Of a DNA stretch of 64,000 nucleotides, positions 55,857-64,000 are shown piece after piece (positions within the stretch are counted from its first letter, which is position 1; the number at the start of each line of letters is the position of its first letter). The DNA comes from an uncultured virus (IMG/VR IMGVR_UViG_2908492839_000003) (lineage: Duplodnaviria; Heunggongvirae; Uroviricota; Caudoviricetes): positions 1 to 64,000 of IMG/VR virus record IMGVR_UViG_2908492839_000003. One strand, written 5' to 3'. The notes beneath the pieces are model-generated. The model was not told the DNA's origin, searched no databases, and worked only from the letters and a program-made list of their open reading frames with translations. Position numbers and translations under genes: made by a program.

Positions 55857-56264
55857 ATGGACTTAGAGCTAGAGAAATTCAGAGCCAGAATACTTGTGGT
55901 GGTTGGGCGAATGGTGATGTTTTTGTTTTTCTTGGTTTTTCTAATTTCGGCAATGAAAAGCATTGCTATTAGTCTTGATGGGAACGATCTCGGTGTCTTC
56001 GTTAATGTCAGGAATTCAATACTTGATCTCTATCATAATACCCAGTACCCAGTCGTGAGTTGGGTTTGGGAATATTCTCCTGTTTTTTATAATTATCAGG
56101 TTTCTAGTCTTTTTACCTTTGGTTGGATGGTGGTGTTTCTGGGTTTCTCGATTGGTGGAGTGTTTTTATACATGGGCAAGAAAACCCTAAGAGAACATGA
56201 TGAGGCAAAGAATGAAGCGAGAAAGAGTAAGTTGACTGAGGCCTATAAGAACAAGCTTGGATGA
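55857..56264 (+). CDS. 2-TM membrane protein, YniB-like
   Basis: TM-ISAMK...W..SP...TM-charged tail pattern; low GC. Confidence 0.65.
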   Translation: MDLELEKFRARILVVVGRMVMFLFFLVFLISAMKSIAISLDGNDLGVFVNVRNSILDLYHNTQYPVVSWVWEYSPVFYNYQVSSLFTFGWMVVFLGFSIGGVFLYMGKKTLREHDEAKNEARKSKLTEAYKNKLG

Positions 56265-56396
56265 GGTCTGTGTGTCTCTGGTCTGCTCTAATTGTGTAGG
56301 CTAATTACATGAAGATGTAATCAAGAGAGCTCGCTGTGGAGTTTGAAGTTTCTATCTTTTGGTTGGTGCTTATTTGGAAAATTGTGTGGGGACAAA

Positions 56397-57347
56397 GTGA
56401 AGCGTAAACCTTTAAGCAGAACACTGGCTCTGAGACCTGCGATTTTCGCAAAAGAGATAGACAGGAGTCTATCAGATCTCATGACAGAGGCCTCAGCTGC
56501 GTGTATCACTGTTGGAGATAGACAAGTCCATGATGAACATATTGGGCCAGAAGGTCCTGAGATTGATCAGACTTATTTCTATAATAATCTGAGGAATTAT
56601 GGCAATGGTGCTGTGTTTTTTGAGCTTTGGTCCTATATACCTGGACGTATGCCCGCTGGGTTTACCCCTGACCCTAAAGTAAATAATGCCTCATATGATA
56701 TTGCGCAGATTGTAGATAGCCGAGGAAATCCAAAGGAACTTATTCAAATATCACATGTTTTAATATTTGGAAATGTGGTGATAGTTGAAGCTAGTAAAGG
56801 AACGGGTGGCTCTTTTCTTATTCAGAAGTATATCAACAAGCTTCTGCGCGCAAAATGTGCACCTAGGCCTCCTACTGTCATGCTGACGACGGCTATTTCT
56901 TCTGATCTAGATAAGGAGATTGAGCAAGGGGGTGGCGCCGTTTCCGTTTCTCTTGGTATCTCTGCGGCACAAGAGCAAAATGAAAATAGAGTTGCAGGAC
57001 TTCTCTCGAGGGCCCATTCTGTTTTCAGTAAGACAGGCTTGGTTGCGTTAAGTTGGACGGCAGAGAAGGATAGCGTTCTCGATACTGAGGAAGTTGTAGA
57101 GGAGGCTTGTACAGCTAAAGATGATGAGTTTGATCGAATATTTATTAAGCTAAAGCATGGAAGTATTAAAGGGCTTTCAAGGTATAAAATATCTATGCCT
57201 ATAACTGTTCGGGATGCTGGCGGAAGGAACCCTGATCATGCAGAGATTCGAGAGAGCATGATTCACTATCTTGGGCTCCTTATGGCTCCCGATAAGAAAG
57301 GCAATCGAGTTATTGACGATGAGGGTAACATGATAGGAAATGGCTAA
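56397..57347 (+). CDS. Soluble accessory protein, candidate defence component
   Basis: Low-GC 316 aa ORF overlapping the next gene by 8 nt. Confidence 0.75.
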   Translation: MKRKPLSRTLALRPAIFAKEIDRSLSDLMTEASAACITVGDRQVHDEHIGPEGPEIDQTYFYNNLRNYGNGAVFFELWSYIPGRMPAGFTPDPKVNNASYDIAQIVDSRGNPKELIQISHVLIFGNVVIVEASKGTGGSFLIQKYINKLLRAKCAPRPPTVMLTTAISSDLDKEIEQGGGAVSVSLGISAAQEQNENRVAGLLSRAHSVFSKTGLVALSWTAEKDSVLDTEEVVEEACTAKDDEFDRIFIKLKHGSIKGLSRYKISMPITVRDAGGRNPDHAEIRESMIHYLGLLMAPDKKGNRVIDDEGNMIGNG

Positions 57348-57936
57348 GAACTGGCTTCCTGAAGAATTAATTAATGTATGGCTTGTCGTTAGGGAGTTTG
57401 GCACTGTCTCAAGAGAGGCTCATAATCGAATATTCTCACTGTTGATTAATATGGTCTTTATGTTGTGCGGGTGTGGGGTTGGCTATAGCCTGAGTCTCTC
57501 GGCACAGGATAAGGTGCTTGATTCAATAATAAGTTTTTGTGGAATCATTATTGGTTTTGTTATTACTGCAATGCTCTTTTCTGGGCGGAACCCTGCTGCT
57601 GATAAGTTGAGGTATGAGCAGGCAAAGGTATATGCTCTGAAGACAAAATATATATTGCTCTCTCAGACGCAGACCTTAATTGCTTTCCTGTTTTGTGTGG
57701 GGTTTTGCTTGCTAACAATAATGATTAAGAATTCAAGGGTTAACTTGCTTGATTCGTTATTGCTTTTTTCTTTGGCAATGGGGTACTTTTCTTTAGGCGT
57801 TTATCGGACGATATTTCTTCCTTTTCAAATATACGATGTTCATTCTTTTGCGCTGGACTCTCTAGTGCTGGAGAAAGAGGAGCAAGCTAAGGATAAGGTA
57901 AAAAATATTATGGACGGATTTAAAGAAGTGCAGTGA
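57340..57936 (+). CDS. 4-TM membrane protein, candidate defence effector
   Basis: Four hydrophobic segments; coupled to upstream gene; low GC. Confidence 0.78.
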   Translation: MAKNWLPEELINVWLVVREFGTVSREAHNRIFSLLINMVFMLCGCGVGYSLSLSAQDKVLDSIISFCGIIIGFVITAMLFSGRNPAADKLRYEQAKVYALKTKYILLSQTQTLIAFLFCVGFCLLTIMIKNSRVNLLDSLLLFSLAMGYFSLGVYRTIFLPFQIYDVHSFALDSLVLEKEEQAKDKVKNIMDGFKEVQ

Positions 57937-58029
57937 TCTTGAGGCGTCTTAGGATGACTCCTTCGTTGAGTCTTGCGCTTCATTTTTATCGTTACCTTTT
58001 TTGATTTCAGAGGCTTTAGATGCTTTGAT

Positions 58030-58596
58030 CTATGTCTCTGGGTCGGAATATTGTCCCCCGTAAAACACAGTTTCCTTTTTTAGGTCAAGCGTCTTTGCGT
58101 AATGTTTTATTAGCATCTTGCGGAGGGTTTCGTTCTCCACCTCTAGGGCCTTGTTCCTCTTTTTAACTTCTCTTATCTCCTGTAGGGCTTTATTTAGTAA
58201 TTTTTCTATCTTTTCTTTCTTATCTTTTTCTGAGTTGCCGAAAAGAATATCGGAAATTCTTTTTTTTAGATCGTTGTTTGATTTTGTTAGTATCGAGATT
58301 TGGTTTTTAAGATTTTCTACTTCGGATAGCTTTTTTCTAGGGTTGGGAGGGTTGGCTTTTGCACTATTTATCTTAGCGCGCCTTTTAGCAAGCTTTTCCT
58401 TTCGAGACTCCTCTTTCTTCAGCGCCACTTTAAGTAAAGAGTCAATCATTGACGTCTCATTACTTATTTCCGCTATTTGGTTGGTGGGCGGCTTGGGTGC
58501 CGTTGAGGTGCAGCTTCTCCCTTTCTCCAGAGCTTCTAAAATGGCGCTGCCAAAAGTGGTTGTTGGCTTTTTTGCGGTTGACTTGGAATTTTCCAT
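58030..58596 (-). CDS. Lys-rich coiled-coil accessory protein
   Basis: GGAGG RBS; very low GC. Confidence 0.65.
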   Translation of the reverse strand: MENSKSTAKKPTTTFGSAILEALEKGRSCTSTAPKPPTNQIAEISNETSMIDSLLKVALKKEESRKEKLAKRRAKINSAKANPPNPRKKLSEVENLKNQISILTKSNNDLKKRISDILFGNSEKDKKEKIEKLLNKALQEIREVKKRNKALEVENETLRKMLIKHYAKTLDLKKETVFYGGQYSDPET

Positions 58597-58719
58597 TTCC
58601 GATCCTCCCGAGGTACGCTTAACTTATTTACATCTTCTTCAGGAAAATTTCCAGAGTAAGTTATTAACTTTCTCTCCTAACCGGATGCGCAAATCCCTGT
58701 AATATGGAGAATCGAGCGG

Positions 58720-59991
58720 CTAGCGAGCCGCTTGCAGGCGCTTCCACTCTCGATCGACAGCCCGCTTCGCGCTGGCCTTGGTGCTGTACAGGTAGCGCAG
58801 GCGGCGTGGCTTGCTCTGGTCTCCCGCGATGATGGTCTTCTCCGTCCCGCTCTTCTCGTCACGGTAGTAGGCGATGATGCCGGTGTAGTCGCCGCCGGTG
58901 TTGTCGGCCAGGTCGCTGACCAGGTCCTCGGGCAGCTTGCTTTCCAGCTCCAGGCTGGTGATGTAGCCGCCGTCGGCGCTGAGGCTGTGCTGCACATTGC
59001 CGCCGTACCAGATGATCGCGTCTATCTCCGTCTTCACGCCCTGCAGGGTGTAGGTCAGCTCCGGGATCAGGTCCGCCCGGCCTCTGGCGAGCACGTAGCT
59101 GAGCGTGGCGCTGCCACGCTGCTGGCGGTTCCACTCGGCGCGGGCAGCGCGCAGGGCGCTCTGGCGGTCGCTGTAGGTGTGGCGCAGGTCCTTCAGGTTG
59201 TCGCCCTTGGCACCGGCGATGGCTTCTTGCTTCTTCGCGCTGTTCACGTCGTAGAAGTACGCGCGCACGCCGTCGTAGCTGTCGCGGTCGGCCTGCAGGT
59301 AGCGGTGCTGGTCGCCATCCTGGCGGGTGAGGATGATGTGCGGCAGCGCCAGGCCGCTGGCAGTCTTGCCGCCGCCGGCCGGCAGGCAGAGCAGGCAGCC
59401 GGCTTTCACGGTGGCCACCGCATCGAAGTCCTCGCCCAGGCGGGTCAGCAGGTTGGCGTCTGACTCGTTGGCCTGGTCCAGTTGCAGGATCGGCAGGCCC
59501 GCCAGCGCCGGCGCGAGCACCGGCTTCAGGTTGTTGCCGAGGGCAATGTCGGTGAGCACGTCGCCCAACGTCTTCGGGCTGCTCCAGCTGCGCTCGCGCT
59601 TGACCTTCAGTCCCTTGCGCAGGTCCGCCGAGCGGGCACGGATGCTGAGCACGTCCGGCGCGCCGCTGTGCTCGGTTTCGTCGACGGTGTAGGTGCCCTT
59701 GTCGACCAGTCCGCTGTCACTCCAGCCCAGCCAGAGGTGCAGCACGGCGCCGCGCGGGGGGATCGTGAGCAGCCCGTCATGATCACTGAGTGTCACGCTC
59801 AACTGATCGGCCTCGAGGCCGCGATTGTCGGTCAGGTCCAGGGCGATCAGTCGTGGGCTGATGAGCTGGGCGATGTCGTTGCCGTCGACCGTGAGCCGGA
59901 ACACCGGCACCGGGTAGCCGGCGTCGCGCTGCAGCTGGTCGACGGCGCTGGTCAGGTAGCCCGTCACGCGGGCGAGGGTGGCATCGATCAC
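58720..59991 (-). CDS. P2 gpD-like late control/tail protein
   Basis: DNRGLEADQL, DQANESDANLLTRL. Confidence 0.9.
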   Translation of the reverse strand: MIDATLARVTGYLTSAVDQLQRDAGYPVPVFRLTVDGNDIAQLISPRLIALDLTDNRGLEADQLSVTLSDHDGLLTIPPRGAVLHLWLGWSDSGLVDKGTYTVDETEHSGAPDVLSIRARSADLRKGLKVKRERSWSSPKTLGDVLTDIALGNNLKPVLAPALAGLPILQLDQANESDANLLTRLGEDFDAVATVKAGCLLCLPAGGGKTASGLALPHIILTRQDGDQHRYLQADRDSYDGVRAYFYDVNSAKKQEAIAGAKGDNLKDLRHTYSDRQSALRAARAEWNRQQRGSATLSYVLARGRADLIPELTYTLQGVKTEIDAIIWYGGNVQHSLSADGGYITSLELESKLPEDLVSDLADNTGGDYTGIIAYYRDEKSGTEKTIIAGDQSKPRRLRYLYSTKASAKRAVDREWKRLQAAR

Positions 59992-60428
59992 AGGATGCGT
60001 CTCAGCAGGTTGCCGGCGGTACCGAGGACCGAGCCGAGCAGATCGGTGCGGCCGTCGTCGATGCGCTTGAGCTCGAGGGAGAACTCGATCCGCCGCGGGG
60101 TGCCGTCGGCGAAGAAGAGTGTCCGCGTCTCGGTGACACGCTCGATCACCCACAGGCCGTAGATGCGTCCGGTGCCCTCGACTATGGGCCAGGCCGACCC
60201 GGTGTCGGCCATCTGCCGCAGCACGTCCAGGCTCAACGCGCTGCCGGCCAGCTCCGGCAGCAGCACGCCGGGCAGGGTGATCGCGTCGTCGCCGCGGCCG
60301 ATGAACTGGCGCGCCGGCTGGGCACCGATGCGGCTGCTGCTGACGTGCCGCCACTCGGTCTGTCGCTGGAACTCTTGGTAGGCCAGCGTGTGCAGGCTGA
60401 ATACGAACATCCCGAGGGACAGCATCAT
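59988..60428 (-). CDS. P2 gpU-like tail protein
   Basis: MMLSLGMFVF...RRIEFSLEL. Confidence 0.9.
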   Translation of the reverse strand: MMLSLGMFVFSLHTLAYQEFQRQTEWRHVSSSRIGAQPARQFIGRGDDAITLPGVLLPELAGSALSLDVLRQMADTGSAWPIVEGTGRIYGLWVIERVTETRTLFFADGTPRRIEFSLELKRIDDGRTDLLGSVLGTAGNLLRRIL

Positions 60429-60433
60429 GGTGG

Positions 60434-63193
60434 TTACTCCCGGTCCTGCAGGCGGGCGCGCAGGCGCGCCGCCTTGTTGCGTTCGCGCTCGTCCAGCAGT
60501 TGGCTGAGCGTGCGTTTCAGGTCGGAGGTGTCGCTGCCCGCGCCGGCCTGGATGGTGATGTAGTAGGTGTCGCCGCCGATGCTGACTGCCGCTGGCGCCG
60601 AGCTGACCGGAGGACGGTTGTCGATGGTGATGGCCTGCGCCGGGGCGCTGGCGCCGAGCACCAGGGCACCGATGGCGCCGGCGCTCTTGCCCAGGTCGCC
60701 GAGCATGGACAGCAGCGGCTGGTCGAACATCGGCGAGCGTTGGCGCTGGGCCGCGACCAGTTCGGTCACCACTGCCGGCGGGGTGATCGTCGGGCGGGCG
60801 CTTCGGGTCAGCTCACTGCCCAGGCCGGCGACAGCCTGGCGCCCTGCGTTGACCAGGCCCTGGCCGATACGCGCAATTACGCCCAGCGGGCCGGCCTGGC
60901 CGGCGTCGAGGCCCTGAGCCAGGCCAGCCATGGTGAACCCGCCCAGATCGGCGAACACCCGCGACGGTGAATGGATGCCAAGCGTGTCCTTGAACCAGTC
61001 GATCGCGGCGCCGCCGACGCGCTGGACCGCGCGCTTGATCTGCCCGATGCCGGCGAGCAGGCCGTTCACCAGGCCCTGGACAATCATGTTGCCGAAATCG
61101 GTGAAGCGTGCCGGTAGGTCGATGCCTAGGTAGCCCAGGACGCCGGAGAACGCACGGTAGATCAGACCGAGGGGGCTGAAATTCATCAGGGTTGAAAGAA
61201 TGCCCCCGATGCCGCCGTCGAAACCTGCCTTGATTTCTTCCCACAGCCCCAGCAGGTACGTCTTGACGGCGTCCCAGTTGCGATAGATCAGGTACGCGGC
61301 GCCGGCCAGCACCGCGACGACGGCGGCAATTGCCAGGACCACCGGGTTGGCCGCCAGTCCCCACAGCGCGATGCTCACGACGCGCAGGGCGGTCACCAGT
61401 GGGCCGATCAACAGGCTGGCCAGCATGCGGATCGGTGCGAACAGCAGTTTCAGCAAGCCGATCAGACCGGGCAGGCGAATGCCGATGGTGCTGAGCATGA
61501 AGCGGACTGCGATCATCGGGCCGAGGATGCCGGCGAGGGTGATGGCCAGGCTGCCGACGGAGGCCATCAGCGCCGAGAACGCGGCGACGGTGATGACGAT
61601 GCCCTTGCTGACTTGCGGGTTGGCCTTCAGGAACTCGCCGACGTTGTGCAGCAGGTGACTGAGGTCGGCGGCGAGCTCGCGCAGCCAGGGGCTGTTCTTG
61701 TCGAACAGCTCGACCGAAATGTTTTCCAGGGCGGCATGCAGCATGGTCATGTCGCCCTTGAGGTTGTCCAGCTGAGTGGACGCGACCCGGGCGGCCTCGC
61801 CCTCGGAGTTGTTCAGGCTTTCGCGCATGGTCTGGAACTGGCCGCCCTCGACGGCGCGCATCAGGGTGCCGAAGCTGGTCACCGCGTACTGCCCAGCGAT
61901 GTCCTTGAAGATTGCGCCGCGCTGCACGTTGCCCATGCCGGCGGTCTTCTTGTTGATGTCCTTCAGGATGTCCAGCATATCGCGCATGTTGCCGTTGGCG
62001 TCCTTGGTCTGGACGCCCAGCTTGGCTACCGCCTTGGATGTGCCCAGGCGGGTCAGAACAGAGCGCATCGAGGTGCCGGCCATGCTGCCCTGGACGCCGG
62101 CGTTGCCGAGCAGGGCCGTGGCGGTGGTGACTGTCTCCAAGCTCTGGCCGTACTCGCGGCCGACGCCGGCGGAGTACTTCAGCGAGTCGCCGAGCATGCG
62201 GATGTCGACGTTGTTCCGGGTGAACGCCGCAGTCAGTACGTCGGCCACCTGGTCCATCTTCTCGGCTGGAATACCCATCGCCGTCTGGATGTTCGAGGCG
62301 ATGTCAGCAGTGTCGCCGAGGTCCATGTCGCCCGCGGCGGCCAGGTTGAGCATGCCGGGCATGGCGCCGAGGATCTGCTTCGCGTTGTAGCCGGTGCGGC
62401 CCAGGAAGTACTGGCCCTGGGCGACTTCCTTGTCGGTGAACTTGCTGGACAGCGGCAGGGTTCGGGCCTGTTGCCGCAGCGCCTGCATCTGCGGATCGTC
62501 CTTGCGCTCGATGCGGGTCACCGCCTGGGTGGCCGACATCGTTGCGTCGAACTCGTAGCCCACGCCGAGCATCTGCCGCAGCTTGTCGCCGGTGTACATG
62601 CCCGTCGCGCGCGCCGCCATGCCGGTGCCGGCCAGCGCGGCAGCGCTCTGGATACCACGGCTGTAGGTGTTGCGGGCGTGGGTCAGGCGCTCCTGCTGTT
62701 GGCTGAGGTTGCGTAAGCGCTGCGCCTGGCTGTTGATGGCGCCATTGGCCGCCTGGATCTGCGCGCGCAGGTCGCGCTCATGCTTGCCGAGGTTGCGCGT
62801 GCTGATGCCGGCGTTGCTGAGGCGCGTGCGCAGTTGCTGCAGGGCTTGGCTCTGCTGCAGGTGCTGCTGCTTGAGGAAGCCGGCTTCACGGATTGCCCGG
62901 TTGTAGTCGCGGGTGAGCGCACGGGTGGGGTTGCCGGCGGCGGCCATCTGCTGGGCTAGCGCTTTCACTCGGGCCTGTTGCGCGGCCAGCGCGGTGCTGA
63001 CCTGCTCCAGGGCGCCGCGCTGGGTGCGGAATGCGCGCACGTCGCTCTGCTGAGCGTTGAGCTGCTTCAGGCGCTCGCGAGTTGCCTTGAGCGCCCGGGC
63101 CGTCGCGTCGCTGCCTTGCATGATGCGACGCAGGGGAGCGGTGGCTCTGTCGATCGCGCTGAGCAGCACGCGCAGCTGCAGGTCATTCGCCAT
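60434..63193 (-). CDS. Tape measure protein (P2 gpT-like)
   Basis: TP901-type core; LGIHSPSRVF. Confidence 0.92.
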   Translation of the reverse strand: MANDLQLRVLLSAIDRATAPLRRIMQGSDATARALKATRERLKQLNAQQSDVRAFRTQRGALEQVSTALAAQQARVKALAQQMAAAGNPTRALTRDYNRAIREAGFLKQQHLQQSQALQQLRTRLSNAGISTRNLGKHERDLRAQIQAANGAINSQAQRLRNLSQQQERLTHARNTYSRGIQSAAALAGTGMAARATGMYTGDKLRQMLGVGYEFDATMSATQAVTRIERKDDPQMQALRQQARTLPLSSKFTDKEVAQGQYFLGRTGYNAKQILGAMPGMLNLAAAGDMDLGDTADIASNIQTAMGIPAEKMDQVADVLTAAFTRNNVDIRMLGDSLKYSAGVGREYGQSLETVTTATALLGNAGVQGSMAGTSMRSVLTRLGTSKAVAKLGVQTKDANGNMRDMLDILKDINKKTAGMGNVQRGAIFKDIAGQYAVTSFGTLMRAVEGGQFQTMRESLNNSEGEAARVASTQLDNLKGDMTMLHAALENISVELFDKNSPWLRELAADLSHLLHNVGEFLKANPQVSKGIVITVAAFSALMASVGSLAITLAGILGPMIAVRFMLSTIGIRLPGLIGLLKLLFAPIRMLASLLIGPLVTALRVVSIALWGLAANPVVLAIAAVVAVLAGAAYLIYRNWDAVKTYLLGLWEEIKAGFDGGIGGILSTLMNFSPLGLIYRAFSGVLGYLGIDLPARFTDFGNMIVQGLVNGLLAGIGQIKRAVQRVGGAAIDWFKDTLGIHSPSRVFADLGGFTMAGLAQGLDAGQAGPLGVIARIGQGLVNAGRQAVAGLGSELTRSARPTITPPAVVTELVAAQRQRSPMFDQPLLSMLGDLGKSAGAIGALVLGASAPAQAITIDNRPPVSSAPAAVSIGGDTYYITIQAGAGSDTSDLKRTLSQLLDERERNKAARLRARLQDRE

Positions 63194-63302
63194 CGGCGGA
63201 ACTCCGTACCCGGGCGCGTTCGCGCCATTCCATCAGTTCGGTGAGCGAGAGCCGGTCCATATGGTCCGGCGCCCAGTGAAACGTCACGGCCAGGTCGGCC
63301 AT
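63183..63302 (-). CDS. gpE' frameshift extension
   Basis: MADLAVTFHW...ELMEWRERA; -1 frame open from the slippery site. Confidence 0.85.
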   Translation of the reverse strand: MADLAVTFHWAPDHMDRLSLTELMEWRERARVRSSADGE

Positions 63303-63310
63303 GGCGTTTT

Positions 63311-63640
63311 CTACGCGATCAGGGAGGCTGCCGCCTTCGCCCGCTTCTGCAGCAAAAAACCGGCGATCACCTGGCCGCAGGCGAGCAGGTCAGCCGGGTC
63401 CATGCCGGCGGCCTCGGGCTCGGTGATGGTCGGCTGGCTGATGCGCGGCAGGATTTTCATGGTCGCAGCCACGTCGAACTGCAGCAGGTCGAGCAGGTGC
63501 AGGCCGCGGAGTTCGCCAGAGGAGGGCTTGCGCAGGGTGAGCGATTCGATGGACTGGGCGCCGCGCTTGATCGGCTGGTCGAGGGTTACGACGTTGTCGG
63601 GAGCGTTCTGCAGGTCAGCGGGAGTCTGTTCGGTTTTCAT
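63311..63640 (-). CDS. Tail assembly chaperone gpE
   Basis: LRKPSSGELRG, LPRIS, MDPADL. Confidence 0.9.
   Translation of the reverse strand: MKTEQTPADLQNAPDNVVTLDQPIKRGAQSIESLTLRKPSSGELRGLHLLDLLQFDVAATMKILPRISQPTITEPEAAGMDPADLLACGQVIAGFLLQKRAKAAASLIA
63353..63359 (-). other. Programmed -1 frameshift site (TTTTTTG)
   Basis: GGT TTT TTG as in P2 E/E'; shifted frame reads FAAEAGEGGSLPDRVENAMAD. Confidence 0.85.
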
Positions 63641-63694
63641 GGGCGTCGGTATCCAAGGGGGAGAGGAACCGCCGGTCGGGCCGGCGGGAAGGGA

Positions 63695-64000
63695 TTACAG
63701 GCCGATGGCCTTGCGCTGTGCCTCGAGCAGGTCCTTGCCGTTGACCTTCTCGACGAAGTTCAGCAGGTCGATCTCGATGACTTCCTCGCCGTTGACGACG
63801 AGCTTGTAGTAGCTGCAGGTGGTAGTGATCTTGTGCTCGGTGTCTTCGCCGGGCTGGGCGTCACCCATTTCGATGGTCTCGTGCCGGCCGCGAACGACGA
63901 TTTCGACGGACGTGACCGCGCCGGTATCGTCCTGCTGGTAGGCGCCGGCGAAACGCAGCATCACGCCGCTGGCGCTGACTGCGCCGTACTGCTTGAGGAC
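63695..64000 (-). CDS. Major tail tube protein FII (partial)
   Basis: RFAGAYQ, YYKL, IEIDLLN. Confidence 0.9.
   Translation of the reverse strand, partial: VLKQYGAVSASGVMLRFAGAYQQDDTGAVTSVEIVVRGRHETIEMGDAQPGEDTEHKITTTCSYYKLVVNGEEVIEIDLLNFVEKVNGKDLLEAQRKAIGL

Larger units (their letters stand above)
45956..64000. mobile_element. Prophage 2, phiCTX/P2-like myovirus (partial)
   Basis: TGAGTTCGAATCTCACCGCCTCCGCCATAT matches the phiCTX att core as I recall it; int, ogr, D, U, T, E/E', FII. Confidence 0.93.

Noticed and set aside
45956..64000. ctx cytotoxin gene
   Set aside because: Not present in this part of the phiCTX-like prophage; the other end is outside the window.

Overview
Pseudomonas aeruginosa-type chromosome. 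The window opens with host folD and the tRNA-Arg(TCT)/His(GTG)/Leu(TAG) operon (1-1476). A ~44.5 kb lambdoid siphoprophage follows (~1477-45924), carrying int/xis, a pL accessory operon, Exo/ERF recombination, cI/cro/cII, O/P with iterons, RusA, a putative late antiterminator, holins, head and tail genes, a tailspike plus O-acyltransferase, a GH19 endolysin and spanins. A 3' half of tRNA-Ser(TGA) then precedes the left ~18 kb of a phiCTX/P2-like myoprophage (int, C5-methyltransferase, primase-helicase, ogr, repressor pair, low-GC accessory island, tail genes), which runs off the window. Five observations stand out. (1) Prophage 1 has mismatched ends (tRNA-Leu left, tRNA-Ser fragment right), implying prophage-prophage recombination, nesting or misassembly. 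(2) A DUF1566 gene has a DGR-like variable region and a possible avd stump, but no RT or TR was seen. (3) A candidate anti-phage island, including a RexAB/gp30-gp31-like pair, lies in the P2-like prophage. (4) Three clean LexA boxes form a prophage SOS mini-regulon. (5) The C5-methyltransferase has six tandem repeats in its target-recognition region. All family calls come from motif recognition and recall, not database searches.
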